Under the pieces are notes generated by a model, which was given only the letters and a program-made list of their open reading frames with translations, had not been told where the DNA came from and made no database searches. The position numbers and the translations under genes are program-made. Below are positions 48,266 to 56,393 of a stretch of 64,000 nt of DNA, one piece after another. Position 1 is the first letter of the stretch, and each line of letters opens with the position of its first letter. The DNA is from Vicinamibacteria bacterium (GTDB lineage: Bacteria; Acidobacteriota; Vicinamibacteria; Marinacidobacterales; Marinacidobacteraceae), in contig OZ241322.1 of NCBI GenBank assembly GCA_965199715.1, positions 2,112,001 to 2,176,000 on the forward strand, written 5' to 3'.

Positions 48266-50526
48266 GCGCCGCCGAGGATGGCGAGCGCGGCCGCCTTGCC
48301 GTTCATCCCGATCTCCTCGGTCGGGCCGACGCACGACGGGCACCCTGAGCGGCACTCGCACCGCTCGATCAGCGCCCTCGTCTCGGCGAGCAGGCGCTCG
48401 CGTTCCTCGAAGATCGGCTCCGAGAACCCGACCCCGCCCGGGTAGTTGTCGTAGATGAAGATGCGCGGCGCGGCGGCGAGCGCGTCCGCCTCCTCGTCGG
48501 TCGAACCCACCGCGACCCCGACGTCGTGGATCTCGCTCATGACGAGCGTGGCGGCCACCGCCCGCATCGCGTTGCGGATCCCGATGATCCCGTCGCGCCG
48601 GTCCTCGGGCCCGAACCCGGTCGCGAGCAGCAGCTCGGACCCCGGATCCAGCCAGAACGCCGTCGTGTGCATCTCGACCGCCGGCATCTCCAGCTCGCCC
48701 GAACCCACGTTCTCGCCGGTGCCGAACTTGATCTTCTTGAAGCCCACCGTCTGCTTCACCACGTGCACCTCGCCGTGGGCGGCGGGGACTCCGGGGCCTT
48801 CGGCGCTCTCCTCCGTGTCCAGCACCGTGACCTTCGTGTTCGTGATCGCGTCGGTGTAGTAGTCGCTCTCGATCGGGCGCACTTCGGCGCGGCGGTTGCG
48901 ATGGTCGAGCCGCTCCACGACGTGGGTCTCGCTCTCGACCATGTGGATGGCCTTCTCGTGGAGCGCGGTGTGGGCGCTCACGAAGTCCACCTCGCCGATG
49001 ATCTGGCCGGTCCGGAGGTTGTGCACGACGAAGTTGTCGGAGCTCACCGATCGCAGGCTGACGCTGCTCGCCGGGTACGAGTCGGCGGTCCAGTGCCACT
49101 GGTCGCCGGACCGGTGAAGCAGCCCCTCCTCCTCGAGCAGCCCGAGGAGTTCGCCCGGATCGTTCCCGAACGCCTCGCCGTCCCGAAACGGCAGCTCGAA
49201 CGCCGCGCACTTGACGTGATCCACGAGGATCGCGAGGTTGTCCGGGTTCACGAGGCCCTGCTCCGGCGCGCCCTCGAAGAACCAGTCGGGGTGCTGGATC
49301 ACGAACTGGTTCGTCGGCGACGAGTTCGCGACGAGCACCGCCGCCGTGGTTCCGCCCCGTCGTCCGGCGCGGCCCGCCTGCTGCCAGGTCGAGGCGATGG
49401 TGCCCGGATACCCGGCCATGACCACCACGTCGAGCCCGCCGATGTCGACGCCGAGCTCCAGCGCGTTCGTGGACACGACGCCCCGCACCTCCCCGCTCTT
49501 GATCCCCCGTTCGATCTCGCGGCGCGTCTTCGGCAGATAGCCGCCGCGGTAGCTGCGGATGCGGCCCTTCTGGTCCGGCTTTCGTTCGAAGTCGTCCTTC
49601 AGGTAGCGGACCAGCACCTCGGCCGCGTTCCGGGAGCGGGCGAACACGATGGACTGGAGGTTCCTTCGCAGGAACTCCCGCGCGATCCGGCGGGTCTCGC
49701 TCCGGTACGAGCGGCGGATTCCCAGTTCGGGGTTGACCACCGGCGGGTTGTAGAAGACGAAGAACCGCTCGGGCCGGGGCGCGCCGCTGCGCGTGACCAG
49801 CTCGACTGGCCGGCCGATGAGGCGCGCGGCCAGGTCGCCCGGGTTCCCGATGGTCGCCGAGCTCAGGATGAACTGCGGTTCGGAGCCGTGGTGGCGGCAG
49901 ACGCGGCGCAACCGGCGGAAGACGTTCGCGAGATGGCTCCCGAACACGCCGCGGTAGGTGTGCATCTCGTCGAGCACGACGTACCGGAGGTTCTCGAAGA
50001 GCTTCGCCCACTTGGTGTGGTGGGGAAGGATCCCGGAGTGGAGCATGTCCGGGTTGGTGAGGGCGACATGGGCGCGGGTGCGGATGGCCCGGCGGGCGTC
50101 GCCCGGCGTGTCGCCGTCGTACACGTCCGCCCGCACGTCGGGGCCGAGCGCGCGGGCGAGCGCGAGGAACGCGCCGCGCTGGTCTCGCGAGAGCGCCTTG
50201 GTGGGGAACAGGTAGAGCGCCCGGGCGTCGGGTTCGCGCAGGATGCGATTGAGGACCGGCAGGTTGTAGCAAAGGGTCTTGCCCGACGCGGTCGGCGTGG
50301 CCGACGCCACGTCCGCCCCGGCCTCCACTCGGTCCACGACCTCGCGCTGATGCGAGTAGAGCCGCTTGACGCCCCGCTCCGCCAGCGCCGACGCGAGCCT
50401 CGGATCGAGCCAGCCGGGAAGGTCGGCGTACTCCGCCGGCTGCGGCGGGAAGTGGGCGATGCGGGTCACCGCCTCCAGCCTGCCCAAGTTCCGAATCGTC
50501 CGGCGGATGCGCTCCTCGGGGGTCAC
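48262..50526 (-). CDS. DEAH-box helicase with DUF1998 (YprA/MrfA/Hrq1-like)
   Basis: TPTASGKT, FPTKAL, DEMH, SAT, QQAGRAGR, IYDNYPGGVG and CECRSGCPSC. Confidence 0.92.
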   Translation of the reverse strand: MTPEERIRRTIRNLGRLEAVTRIAHFPPQPAEYADLPGWLDPRLASALAERGVKRLYSHQREVVDRVEAGADVASATPTASGKTLCYNLPVLNRILREPDARALYLFPTKALSRDQRGAFLALARALGPDVRADVYDGDTPGDARRAIRTRAHVALTNPDMLHSGILPHHTKWAKLFENLRYVVLDEMHTYRGVFGSHLANVFRRLRRVCRHHGSEPQFILSSATIGNPGDLAARLIGRPVELVTRSGAPRPERFFVFYNPPVVNPELGIRRSYRSETRRIAREFLRRNLQSIVFARSRNAAEVLVRYLKDDFERKPDQKGRIRSYRGGYLPKTRREIERGIKSGEVRGVVSTNALELGVDIGGLDVVVMAGYPGTIASTWQQAGRAGRRGGTTAAVLVANSSPTNQFVIQHPDWFFEGAPEQGLVNPDNLAILVDHVKCAAFELPFRDGEAFGNDPGELLGLLEEEGLLHRSGDQWHWTADSYPASSVSLRSVSSDNFVVHNLRTGQIIGEVDFVSAHTALHEKAIHMVESETHVVERLDHRNRRAEVRPIESDYYTDAITNTKVTVLDTEESAEGPGVPAAHGEVHVVKQTVGFKKIKFGTGENVGSGELEMPAVEMHTTAFWLDPGSELLLATGFGPEDRRDGIIGIRNAMRAVAATLVMSEIHDVGVAVGSTDEEADALAAAPRIFIYDNYPGGVGFSEPIFEERERLLAETRALIERCECRSGCPSCVGPTEEIGMNGKAAALAILGGA

Positions 50527-50562
50527 GCCTGAATTATCCCGCCGCGCAACGCCGGAAGCGGG

Positions 50563-50657
50563 CGGAAGCGTGTGGGAATCGAACCCACCATCCCGGGGGC
50601 TAGCCCGGAATCAACGGATTTGAAGTCCGCGGAGGCCGCCAGACCCCATGCGCTTCC
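50563..50657 (-). tRNA. selC: tRNA-Sec (anticodon UCA)
   Basis: GGAAGCGC...GGACTTCAAATCCG...GGTTCGATTCC...ACGCTTCCG. Extended acceptor stem, 6-bp D-stem with 4-nt loop, long variable arm and G73. CCA not encoded. Confidence 0.92.
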
Positions 50658-50667
50658 AGGAGGCCGG

Positions 50668-50740
50668 TGGAGCTGACGGGGATCGAACCCGTGACCTCGT
50701 GAATGCCATTCACGCGCGCTCCCAGTTGCGCCACAGCCCC
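50668..50740 (-). tRNA. tRNA-Ala (anticodon GGC)
   Basis: GGGGCTGTGGCGCAACTGGGAGCGCGCGTGAATGGCATTCACGAGGTCACGGGTTCGATCCCCGTCAGCTCCA, with G3:U70. CCA not encoded. Confidence 0.95.
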
Positions 50741-50754
50741 AGTCCGGCGCCCCA

Positions 50755-50760
50755 ATTGTA
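50755..50760 (-). promoter_or_regulatory. -10 element (TACAAT) for the tRNA pair
   Basis: TACAAT 14 nt upstream of the tRNA-Ala 5' end, followed by a GC-rich stretch. Confidence 0.5.
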
Positions 50761-50763
50761 GCG

Positions 50764-51945
50764 TCAGCTCCAGCGCCGCCGGTGGTAGCTGAGCAGATCC
50801 GGCCCGGCGAGTTCCCGAGTGGAGTTGCTGTGGCGAACGTAGAACACGCGCTTGCCTTCCTTCGTCAGCCACACCGGATCGGGGGAGGCCTCCACCTCGA
50901 GCACGCACAGCACGACTCCCTTGTAGGACTCGAGGCCGATCGTCGTGTTCGCGGCCGCGGCCGGACTGAGCGCCCGGGCGATCTGGGTGGTCAGGTGCTG
51001 CACGTACTTGTCCGCGTCCCAGTTCTTCCGGTCCAGGTCGGCCTGGATGCCGAGCGGCTTGCCGTCGTCGGCGACTCCGAGGATCAGGGTGCCGCCGCGG
51101 GCGTTCAGGAATCCCGCGACCGGCTTCAGGACGCTGGTCTCTAGGAGCGCCTTCTCCGGAAGCTCCTTGCCGTAGCTGTGGATGGCGGAGCTCTTGTACT
51201 CCCGGCGGTGGTCCTCGGGTCCCTCGAGGAGCTCGTCCCGGGCGCGTTGGGCGCTCATCACCTCCGAGGCGACGATCGCGACCGAGAGCGCGATCACCGC
51301 GTATCCGGCCACCGCGAGCGTCGCGTTCAGGAAGTGTCCGGCGGCCGTCGCCGGGGCGAGCGTCGCGTGCCCGGCGGCGGTCATCGTCATGACCGCCCAG
51401 TACATCCCGGTCAGGATGCTGTCGAAGCCGCTGTCGGGGCCCTCGATGAGGTGGATGAGCGTCCCGGCGACCAGCGCCGCGAGCGCCACCGCGACCAGGA
51501 ACGCGAAGATGCGGTAGCGGGCGGCCTCCAGCGCGGTCGTGATCGTCCGGGCGGCCCGGGAGAACCGCCCCAGCGAGAAGACCCGGACGACCCGCAGCAG
51601 GCGCATGCCGCGCAGCACCGCCGACGCCTCCGCTCCGGGGACGAGGAACGCGAGCCACGTCGGCGCGATCGACAGGAGATCGATGAGGCCGAACGCGCTG
51701 AGCGCGTAGCGTCCGGGCTGGCGGTGGCAGACGAGCCGGAGGACGTACTCGACGCTGAAGAGGATCGTGAATCCGATCTCCACGGCCCGCAGCGTCCGGA
51801 CGGCGCCGGGATCGAGTCCGGGAACCGACGCCGCGACCACGACGCCGACGGTCGTCACGATGGCCCCCGCGAGGGCCATGTCGAATCGCTTCGCCGCGCG
51901 GGTGGATTGCCCGAACATCACCGAAAACAGGCGGTCGCGCATCAT
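50764..51945 (-). CDS. 6-TM voltage-gated K+-channel-like protein (degenerate filter) fused to a Schlafen/AlbA_2 domain
   Basis: S2 FSVEYVLR, S3 LIDLLSIAP, S4 LRGMRLLRVVRVFSLGR and pore YWAVMTMTAAGHATLAP. C-terminal EDHRREYKSS, AGFLNARGGTLILGVADDG and FYVRHSNST. Confidence 0.85.
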   Translation of the reverse strand: MMRDRLFSVMFGQSTRAAKRFDMALAGAIVTTVGVVVAASVPGLDPGAVRTLRAVEIGFTILFSVEYVLRLVCHRQPGRYALSAFGLIDLLSIAPTWLAFLVPGAEASAVLRGMRLLRVVRVFSLGRFSRAARTITTALEAARYRIFAFLVAVALAALVAGTLIHLIEGPDSGFDSILTGMYWAVMTMTAAGHATLAPATAAGHFLNATLAVAGYAVIALSVAIVASEVMSAQRARDELLEGPEDHRREYKSSAIHSYGKELPEKALLETSVLKPVAGFLNARGGTLILGVADDGKPLGIQADLDRKNWDADKYVQHLTTQIARALSPAAAANTTIGLESYKGVVLCVLEVEASPDPVWLTKEGKRVFYVRHSNSTRELAGPDLLSYHRRRWS

Positions 51946-53228
51946 CGAGCTCCCAGCAGCCAGTCCGGCAGGAAGAGGCTCGTCCACGGGAGGAACGTGA
52001 CGAGCGCCAGCACCACGAGCAGCGCGCCGATGAAGAACACGTTGACGCGCATCACCTCCGAGATCGTGGTCTTCGCGATCGAGCAGGTCGTGATGAGCAC
52101 CGACGCCACCGGCGGCGTCTGCTGGCCGACCGCGAGGCTGACCGTGACCATCATCCCGAAGTGTACCGGCCCGATGCCGGCGCTCTCGGCGAGCGGAAGC
52201 AGGATCGGGACGAGCAGCACCACCGCGGCGGCGCTGTGGAGGATCGTCCCCGCGAGAAGCAGGATCGCGTCGAGGAAGATCGCGACCTGCCAGTCGGCGG
52301 TCACGTGCGAAAGCACCCAGCCGGTGAGCCGCTCGGGGGCCTGCTGGTTCGCCAGATACCAGCCCAGCACGGCCGATCCGGCGACCAGCACCATGACGAC
52401 GGCGGTCTGCCGGGCCGACTCGGTGAGCGCTTCGGCGAGGTCGCCCCGGGTGAGCGCCCGGTAGAGGATCGCGCCCATCAGCAGCGCGAGGAGCGCGGCC
52501 ACGGCGGCGGCTTCGGTGGCGGTGAACCAGCCGAGGAAGATGCCGCCGAGGATCAGGATCGGGATCACGAGCGGCCACGCCGCCTGGCGCAGCGCGCGGG
52601 CGGCGCGCCCGCCGTCGAACGGGACCGACTCGCCGAAGCCGCCCCGGGTCGCGAGCGCCCGGCTGACCAGCATGATGAGGACGCCGGCGAGGACGCCGGG
52701 CACGAATCCGGCGAGGAAGAGCCGGGCGATGGAGGCGCCGGTGACCGCGCCGTAGAGGATCATCGGGATCGACGGCGGGATCAGGATGGCGATGGTCGCC
52801 GACGAGGACAGCACCGCGGCGGCGAACGGCGACGGGTAGCCGCGCTCCTTCATCGCCGGGATGAGCACGCTCCCGAGCGCCGCCGCGTCCGCGACCGCCG
52901 ACCCGGACATCTCCGAGAACAGCATGCTGGAGGTCGTCGTGGTCATCGCCAGCCCGCCCCGCAGCCAGCCCACGATCGAGCTCGCGAACTCGGTGAGGCG
53001 GTGCGAGATCCCCGCCCGGTTCATGAGCGTCCCGGCGAGGATGAACAGCGGCACCGCGACCAGCGGGAACGAGTCGGTGCCGTTGAACAGGCGCAGCGGC
53101 ACGACGATCAGCGGCGTGTCGGTGGTGCACGCGATCGCGAGCAGCGACGCTCCGATGAGGACGTAGCCGATGGGCATGCCGGTGAGCAGCAGCCCGGCGG
53201 CGGCGAACGCCGCGATCAGAATTTCCAC
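51942..53228 (-). CDS. dctM: TRAP transporter large permease
   Basis: AVPLFILAG, SGSAVADAAA, LIPPSI, FTATEAA and GQQTPPV. Confidence 0.92.
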   Translation of the reverse strand: MEILIAAFAAAGLLLTGMPIGYVLIGASLLAIACTTDTPLIVVPLRLFNGTDSFPLVAVPLFILAGTLMNRAGISHRLTEFASSIVGWLRGGLAMTTTTSSMLFSEMSGSAVADAAALGSVLIPAMKERGYPSPFAAAVLSSSATIAILIPPSIPMILYGAVTGASIARLFLAGFVPGVLAGVLIMLVSRALATRGGFGESVPFDGGRAARALRQAAWPLVIPILILGGIFLGWFTATEAAAVAALLALLMGAILYRALTRGDLAEALTESARQTAVVMVLVAGSAVLGWYLANQQAPERLTGWVLSHVTADWQVAIFLDAILLLAGTILHSAAAVVLLVPILLPLAESAGIGPVHFGMMVTVSLAVGQQTPPVASVLITTCSIAKTTISEVMRVNVFFIGALLVVLALVTFLPWTSLFLPDWLLGAR

Positions 53229-53680
53229 GGCCGCTCCCGCAGCGCCGCGCCGAGGCGGCGGACCTCGATGGCCGCGGTCAGGATCGCCGACAGCGGCAAG
53301 ACGAGGTAGAAGACCCCCATCGGGACCGGCATCGTGATCGCCCGTTCGCCGAGGAACCGCAGCGCCAGCGCCGCCCCGTACCAGGCGAGCGCGAGCTGCA
53401 GGGCGAGCATCGCCGCGTGCTCGGCGATCCGGCCGATCCGCCGGGCGCGCGAAGAGGCGCGGTCCAGCAGCTCGCGGATGCCGATGTGGGCGCGGTCGCG
53501 CCGGGCCAGCACCGCGCCGAGGAAGGTGAGCCACACGAGCAGGAAGCCCGCGAGCTCGTCGTAGAAGCCGACCCCGCCGCCGAACCCGTAGCGCAGCGCC
53601 ACCTCGATGAGGCAGACGACGAGGATCGCCGCGAGAATCAGCGAGCAGGCGCCGGCGAGGACATCCCGCCGGCCGCTCAC
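53216..53680 (-). CDS. dctQ: TRAP transporter small permease
   Basis: 4 TM helices; V.LRY, ELA.FLLVWLTFLGA and HI. Confidence 0.88.
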   Translation of the reverse strand: MSGRRDVLAGACSLILAAILVVCLIEVALRYGFGGGVGFYDELAGFLLVWLTFLGAVLARRDRAHIGIRELLDRASSRARRIGRIAEHAAMLALQLALAWYGAALALRFLGERAITMPVPMGVFYLVLPLSAILTAAIEVRRLGAALRERPWKF

Positions 53681-54645
53681 TCGGCCAGCCTCCGGATCTC
53701 GTCGATCCACCGGGCGCCGAACCGCTCGCGGTAGTGGGCGAACACCGGCTCGGACGCCGTCCGGAACGCGGCCCGATCCACCTCGTTCACTTCAAGCTGG
53801 CCCGACAGTTCGTCCAGCAGGCGCGCGTCCTCCCCCTCGAGAAACTCGCGCATCCAGATCCCGGTCTCCTCGGCGGCTTCGAACAGCCCGCCGCGAACGT
53901 CGTCGGGCAATCCCCGGAGGAACGCGGTGCGCATCACCGGGTACGTCGGCGTGTACACGTGGTTCGAAAGCGACAGATAGCGCTGCACCTCGTGGAACCG
54001 GGCCGCCGTGAGCTGCGCCAGCGGATTCTCCTGGCCGTCCACGACCCCCTGCCGCAGCGCCGAGAACACTTCGCCGAAGCTCATCGAGGCCGGGCTCGCG
54101 CCGAGCGTGGAGAACAGCCGCACGCGCTCCGGATCCTTCGGCGTGCGCAGCCGGACGCCCGCGAGATCCGCGGGCGCCACCACCGGGCGCACGTTGTTCG
54201 TGATGACCCGGAACCCGTTCTCCCAATACGCCAGCAGCGTGATCCCGTGCGCCTCCTCCAGCCCCGACGCGAGCGTCCGGCCGATCTCGCTGTCGATCAC
54301 CCGCTCGAAGTGCTCCCGGTCGCGAATCAGGAACGGCAGGTCGAACACGCCGAACTCGGGCGCGACCGAGTGGAGCACCGACGAGGGCAGGTGCATCTCC
54401 AGCGTGCCGAGCCGGAGCCCCTCCAGCATCTCCTTGTCCTCGCCGAGCTGCGCGGTTCCGAAGACGCGGATCTCGACCCGCCCGGGGAAGCGCGCCTCGA
54501 CCAGTTCCTTGAAGCGGTTCGCGCCGTGGTCGAAGGGCGATCCGGGGAAGCCGATGTGCCCGAGCCGGATGACCGTGGGCCCCTCGTCGCCGGCGGGGCC
54601 GCATCCGAGGACCGCGGCGAGCAGCAGGGCGGCGGCGAGCCTCAT
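53677..54645 (-). CDS. dctP: TRAP substrate-binding lipoprotein
   Basis: Lipobox VLGC, QLG, FDLPF, WENGFR and ALRQGVVDGQENP. Confidence 0.9.
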   Translation of the reverse strand: MRLAAALLLAAVLGCGPAGDEGPTVIRLGHIGFPGSPFDHGANRFKELVEARFPGRVEIRVFGTAQLGEDKEMLEGLRLGTLEMHLPSSVLHSVAPEFGVFDLPFLIRDREHFERVIDSEIGRTLASGLEEAHGITLLAYWENGFRVITNNVRPVVAPADLAGVRLRTPKDPERVRLFSTLGASPASMSFGEVFSALRQGVVDGQENPLAQLTAARFHEVQRYLSLSNHVYTPTYPVMRTAFLRGLPDDVRGGLFEAAEETGIWMREFLEGEDARLLDELSGQLEVNEVDRAAFRTASEPVFAHYRERFGARWIDEIRRLAE

Positions 54646-54695
54646 GGGGGCGGATTGAACCACGGATGGGCGGCCTACAATCGTCCCGCCTCACG

Positions 54696-55574
54696 ATGCA
54701 ACTGGCTCTCGACGTTTCGGGCAGGGCGCCGCCGCCGTACACGCGCCAACTGCTCAAGTGGATCGGCAACAAGCAGCGATTCGCGCCGGAGATCATTTCC
54801 TGCTTCCCGACCCGGTTCGGCACGTACCACGAGCCGTTTCTCGGCGCGGGCGGCGTGCTTGCGGTGCTTGCGCCGCGCCGGGCCGAGGCGGCCGACAGCT
54901 TCGAGCCGCTCGTGGGCGTCTGGCGCGCGCTCAAGGACGATCCGGAGAGGCTCAAGCGGTGGTACCGGGAGCGCTGGGAAGGGGCGCAGCGCACGGACCG
55001 GGTCGCGCAGTACGAACGCATCCGGGCGCGCTACAACGCGTCGCCGAACTCGGCGGACCTTCTCTTCCTGAGCCGCTCCGCCTACGGCGGCGTGATGCGG
55101 TTCCGCCAAGGCGACGGCCACATGTCCACGCCCTGCGGCGTCCACGCGCCGATGCACCCCCGCAAGTTCGACCTGCGCGTGGACGAATGGCGGGGCCGGG
55201 TGCGGGGGACCGCCTTCTTCCACCGTGAGTACGAGGAGTCCATCGACCGGGCGCGCCCCGGCGACGTCGTCTATTGCGATCCCCCGTACTCGCACAGCCA
55301 GGCGATCCTCTACGGCGCCCAGTCGTTCCAGGTGGAACATCTGCTCCGGGTGATCGAGCGCGCCAAGCGGCGCGGCGCGTTCGTGGCGCTGAGCCTCAAC
55401 GGGTGGACGAAATCCGGCGACCGGACGTGCGCCTACTCGATCCCGAAACGGCTGTTCGACCGGGAGGTTCCGGTGCGGTGCGGCAGATCGATGCTGAGGC
55501 GCTTCCAGATGCCGGGTCAGTCGCTCGAGGGCGAGGTCGTCTCGGATCGCCTGCTGTTGACGCACGCCGCCTGA
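54696..55574 (+). CDS. Dam/D12-class N6-adenine DNA methyltransferase
   Basis: LKWIGNK, YHEPFLGAG and VYCDPPY. Confidence 0.9.
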   Translation: MQLALDVSGRAPPPYTRQLLKWIGNKQRFAPEIISCFPTRFGTYHEPFLGAGGVLAVLAPRRAEAADSFEPLVGVWRALKDDPERLKRWYRERWEGAQRTDRVAQYERIRARYNASPNSADLLFLSRSAYGGVMRFRQGDGHMSTPCGVHAPMHPRKFDLRVDEWRGRVRGTAFFHREYEESIDRARPGDVVYCDPPYSHSQAILYGAQSFQVEHLLRVIERAKRRGAFVALSLNGWTKSGDRTCAYSIPKRLFDREVPVRCGRSMLRRFQMPGQSLEGEVVSDRLLLTHAA

Positions 55575-56386
55575 CCACTGCCTCGCGTCCGGTACTCGTC
55601 CGCCCATTCGCCGGCGAGCCTTGGGATTTCCGCGACGACCCGCCGTCCGACGAGGACTTCGTCCACGTATCCCATGTGCAGCGCGTCGCACAGTCGGCAC
55701 AGGTGCGGCTTCCCCTGCTTCCACCACGTTTCGTACCCGTCCACCATGAAGTAGTGGCGGACCCGGACGCCCTCGTTCCGCCGCAGTTCGTCGATCTCCA
55801 TCCCGTCGAGCAGCGTCTCGAAGACGCCGCCGGACACCCGGCTTCCGAACGTGGTCGTGAAGTAGTGCTCCTTGATCTCCCAGATCGCGATCGGATCGAC
55901 CCCGGAGGGGAAGGCGCCGTCAGCGCGTCTCGAGAACGTGCGCAGCGGCTTTCCGCGGCGCGTGATCCGGGTCAGCCTTCGGGGGTCGAAGTCGCACGGC
56001 AGGTCGCCGATCGTTCGCTCGATCGTCATGTTGACGAACGCGGTCAGGCACGCGACGACCCGCTTCTCCCCGCGCTGCTTGTTGAGGGGGATCGGGCAGG
56101 TCGGCTGGAACGTCCCGCGCACTTCCTCGAAGAGATGCCGGGCCTCGCTTGCCGTCATGAGGTTCGGAGCGGCCTCCTCCGTCAGAAGGCGGGCGCGCTG
56201 CCAGAGGTAATCCAGAACGTCCTCACTCGCCTCGCCCGGCTTCAGATTCAGGCGCTGGAACGCGGCTGCGACGTCGCCCGGCGAAGGAACGACGATCGAG
56301 TCGCCGGAGCCGACCGTTTCGCTGAGCGTCCGGACCGTCGCCCAGAAGGAGCCCGGCCGGTTGCGAAAGCGCTCGACGGGCCTCAT
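55517..56386 (-). CDS. Putative type II restriction endonuclease (PD-(D/E)xK)
   Basis: RADGAFP...IWEIKEHY motif; convergent on, and overlapping, the methyltransferase. Confidence 0.6.
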   Translation of the reverse strand: MRPVERFRNRPGSFWATVRTLSETVGSGDSIVVPSPGDVAAAFQRLNLKPGEASEDVLDYLWQRARLLTEEAAPNLMTASEARHLFEEVRGTFQPTCPIPLNKQRGEKRVVACLTAFVNMTIERTIGDLPCDFDPRRLTRITRRGKPLRTFSRRADGAFPSGVDPIAIWEIKEHYFTTTFGSRVSGGVFETLLDGMEIDELRRNEGVRVRHYFMVDGYETWWKQGKPHLCRLCDALHMGYVDEVLVGRRVVAEIPRLAGEWADEYRTRGSGQAACVNSRRSETTSPSSD

Positions 56387-56393
56387 CCAGCGG

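Noticed and set aside
47024-50526. DUF1998 helicase plus nuclease next to tRNAs as a DISARM/Druantia-like defence system
   Set aside because: Size and partner match the housekeeping YprA/YprB (MrfAB) repair pair; no drmA, methylase or PLD partners are adjacent.
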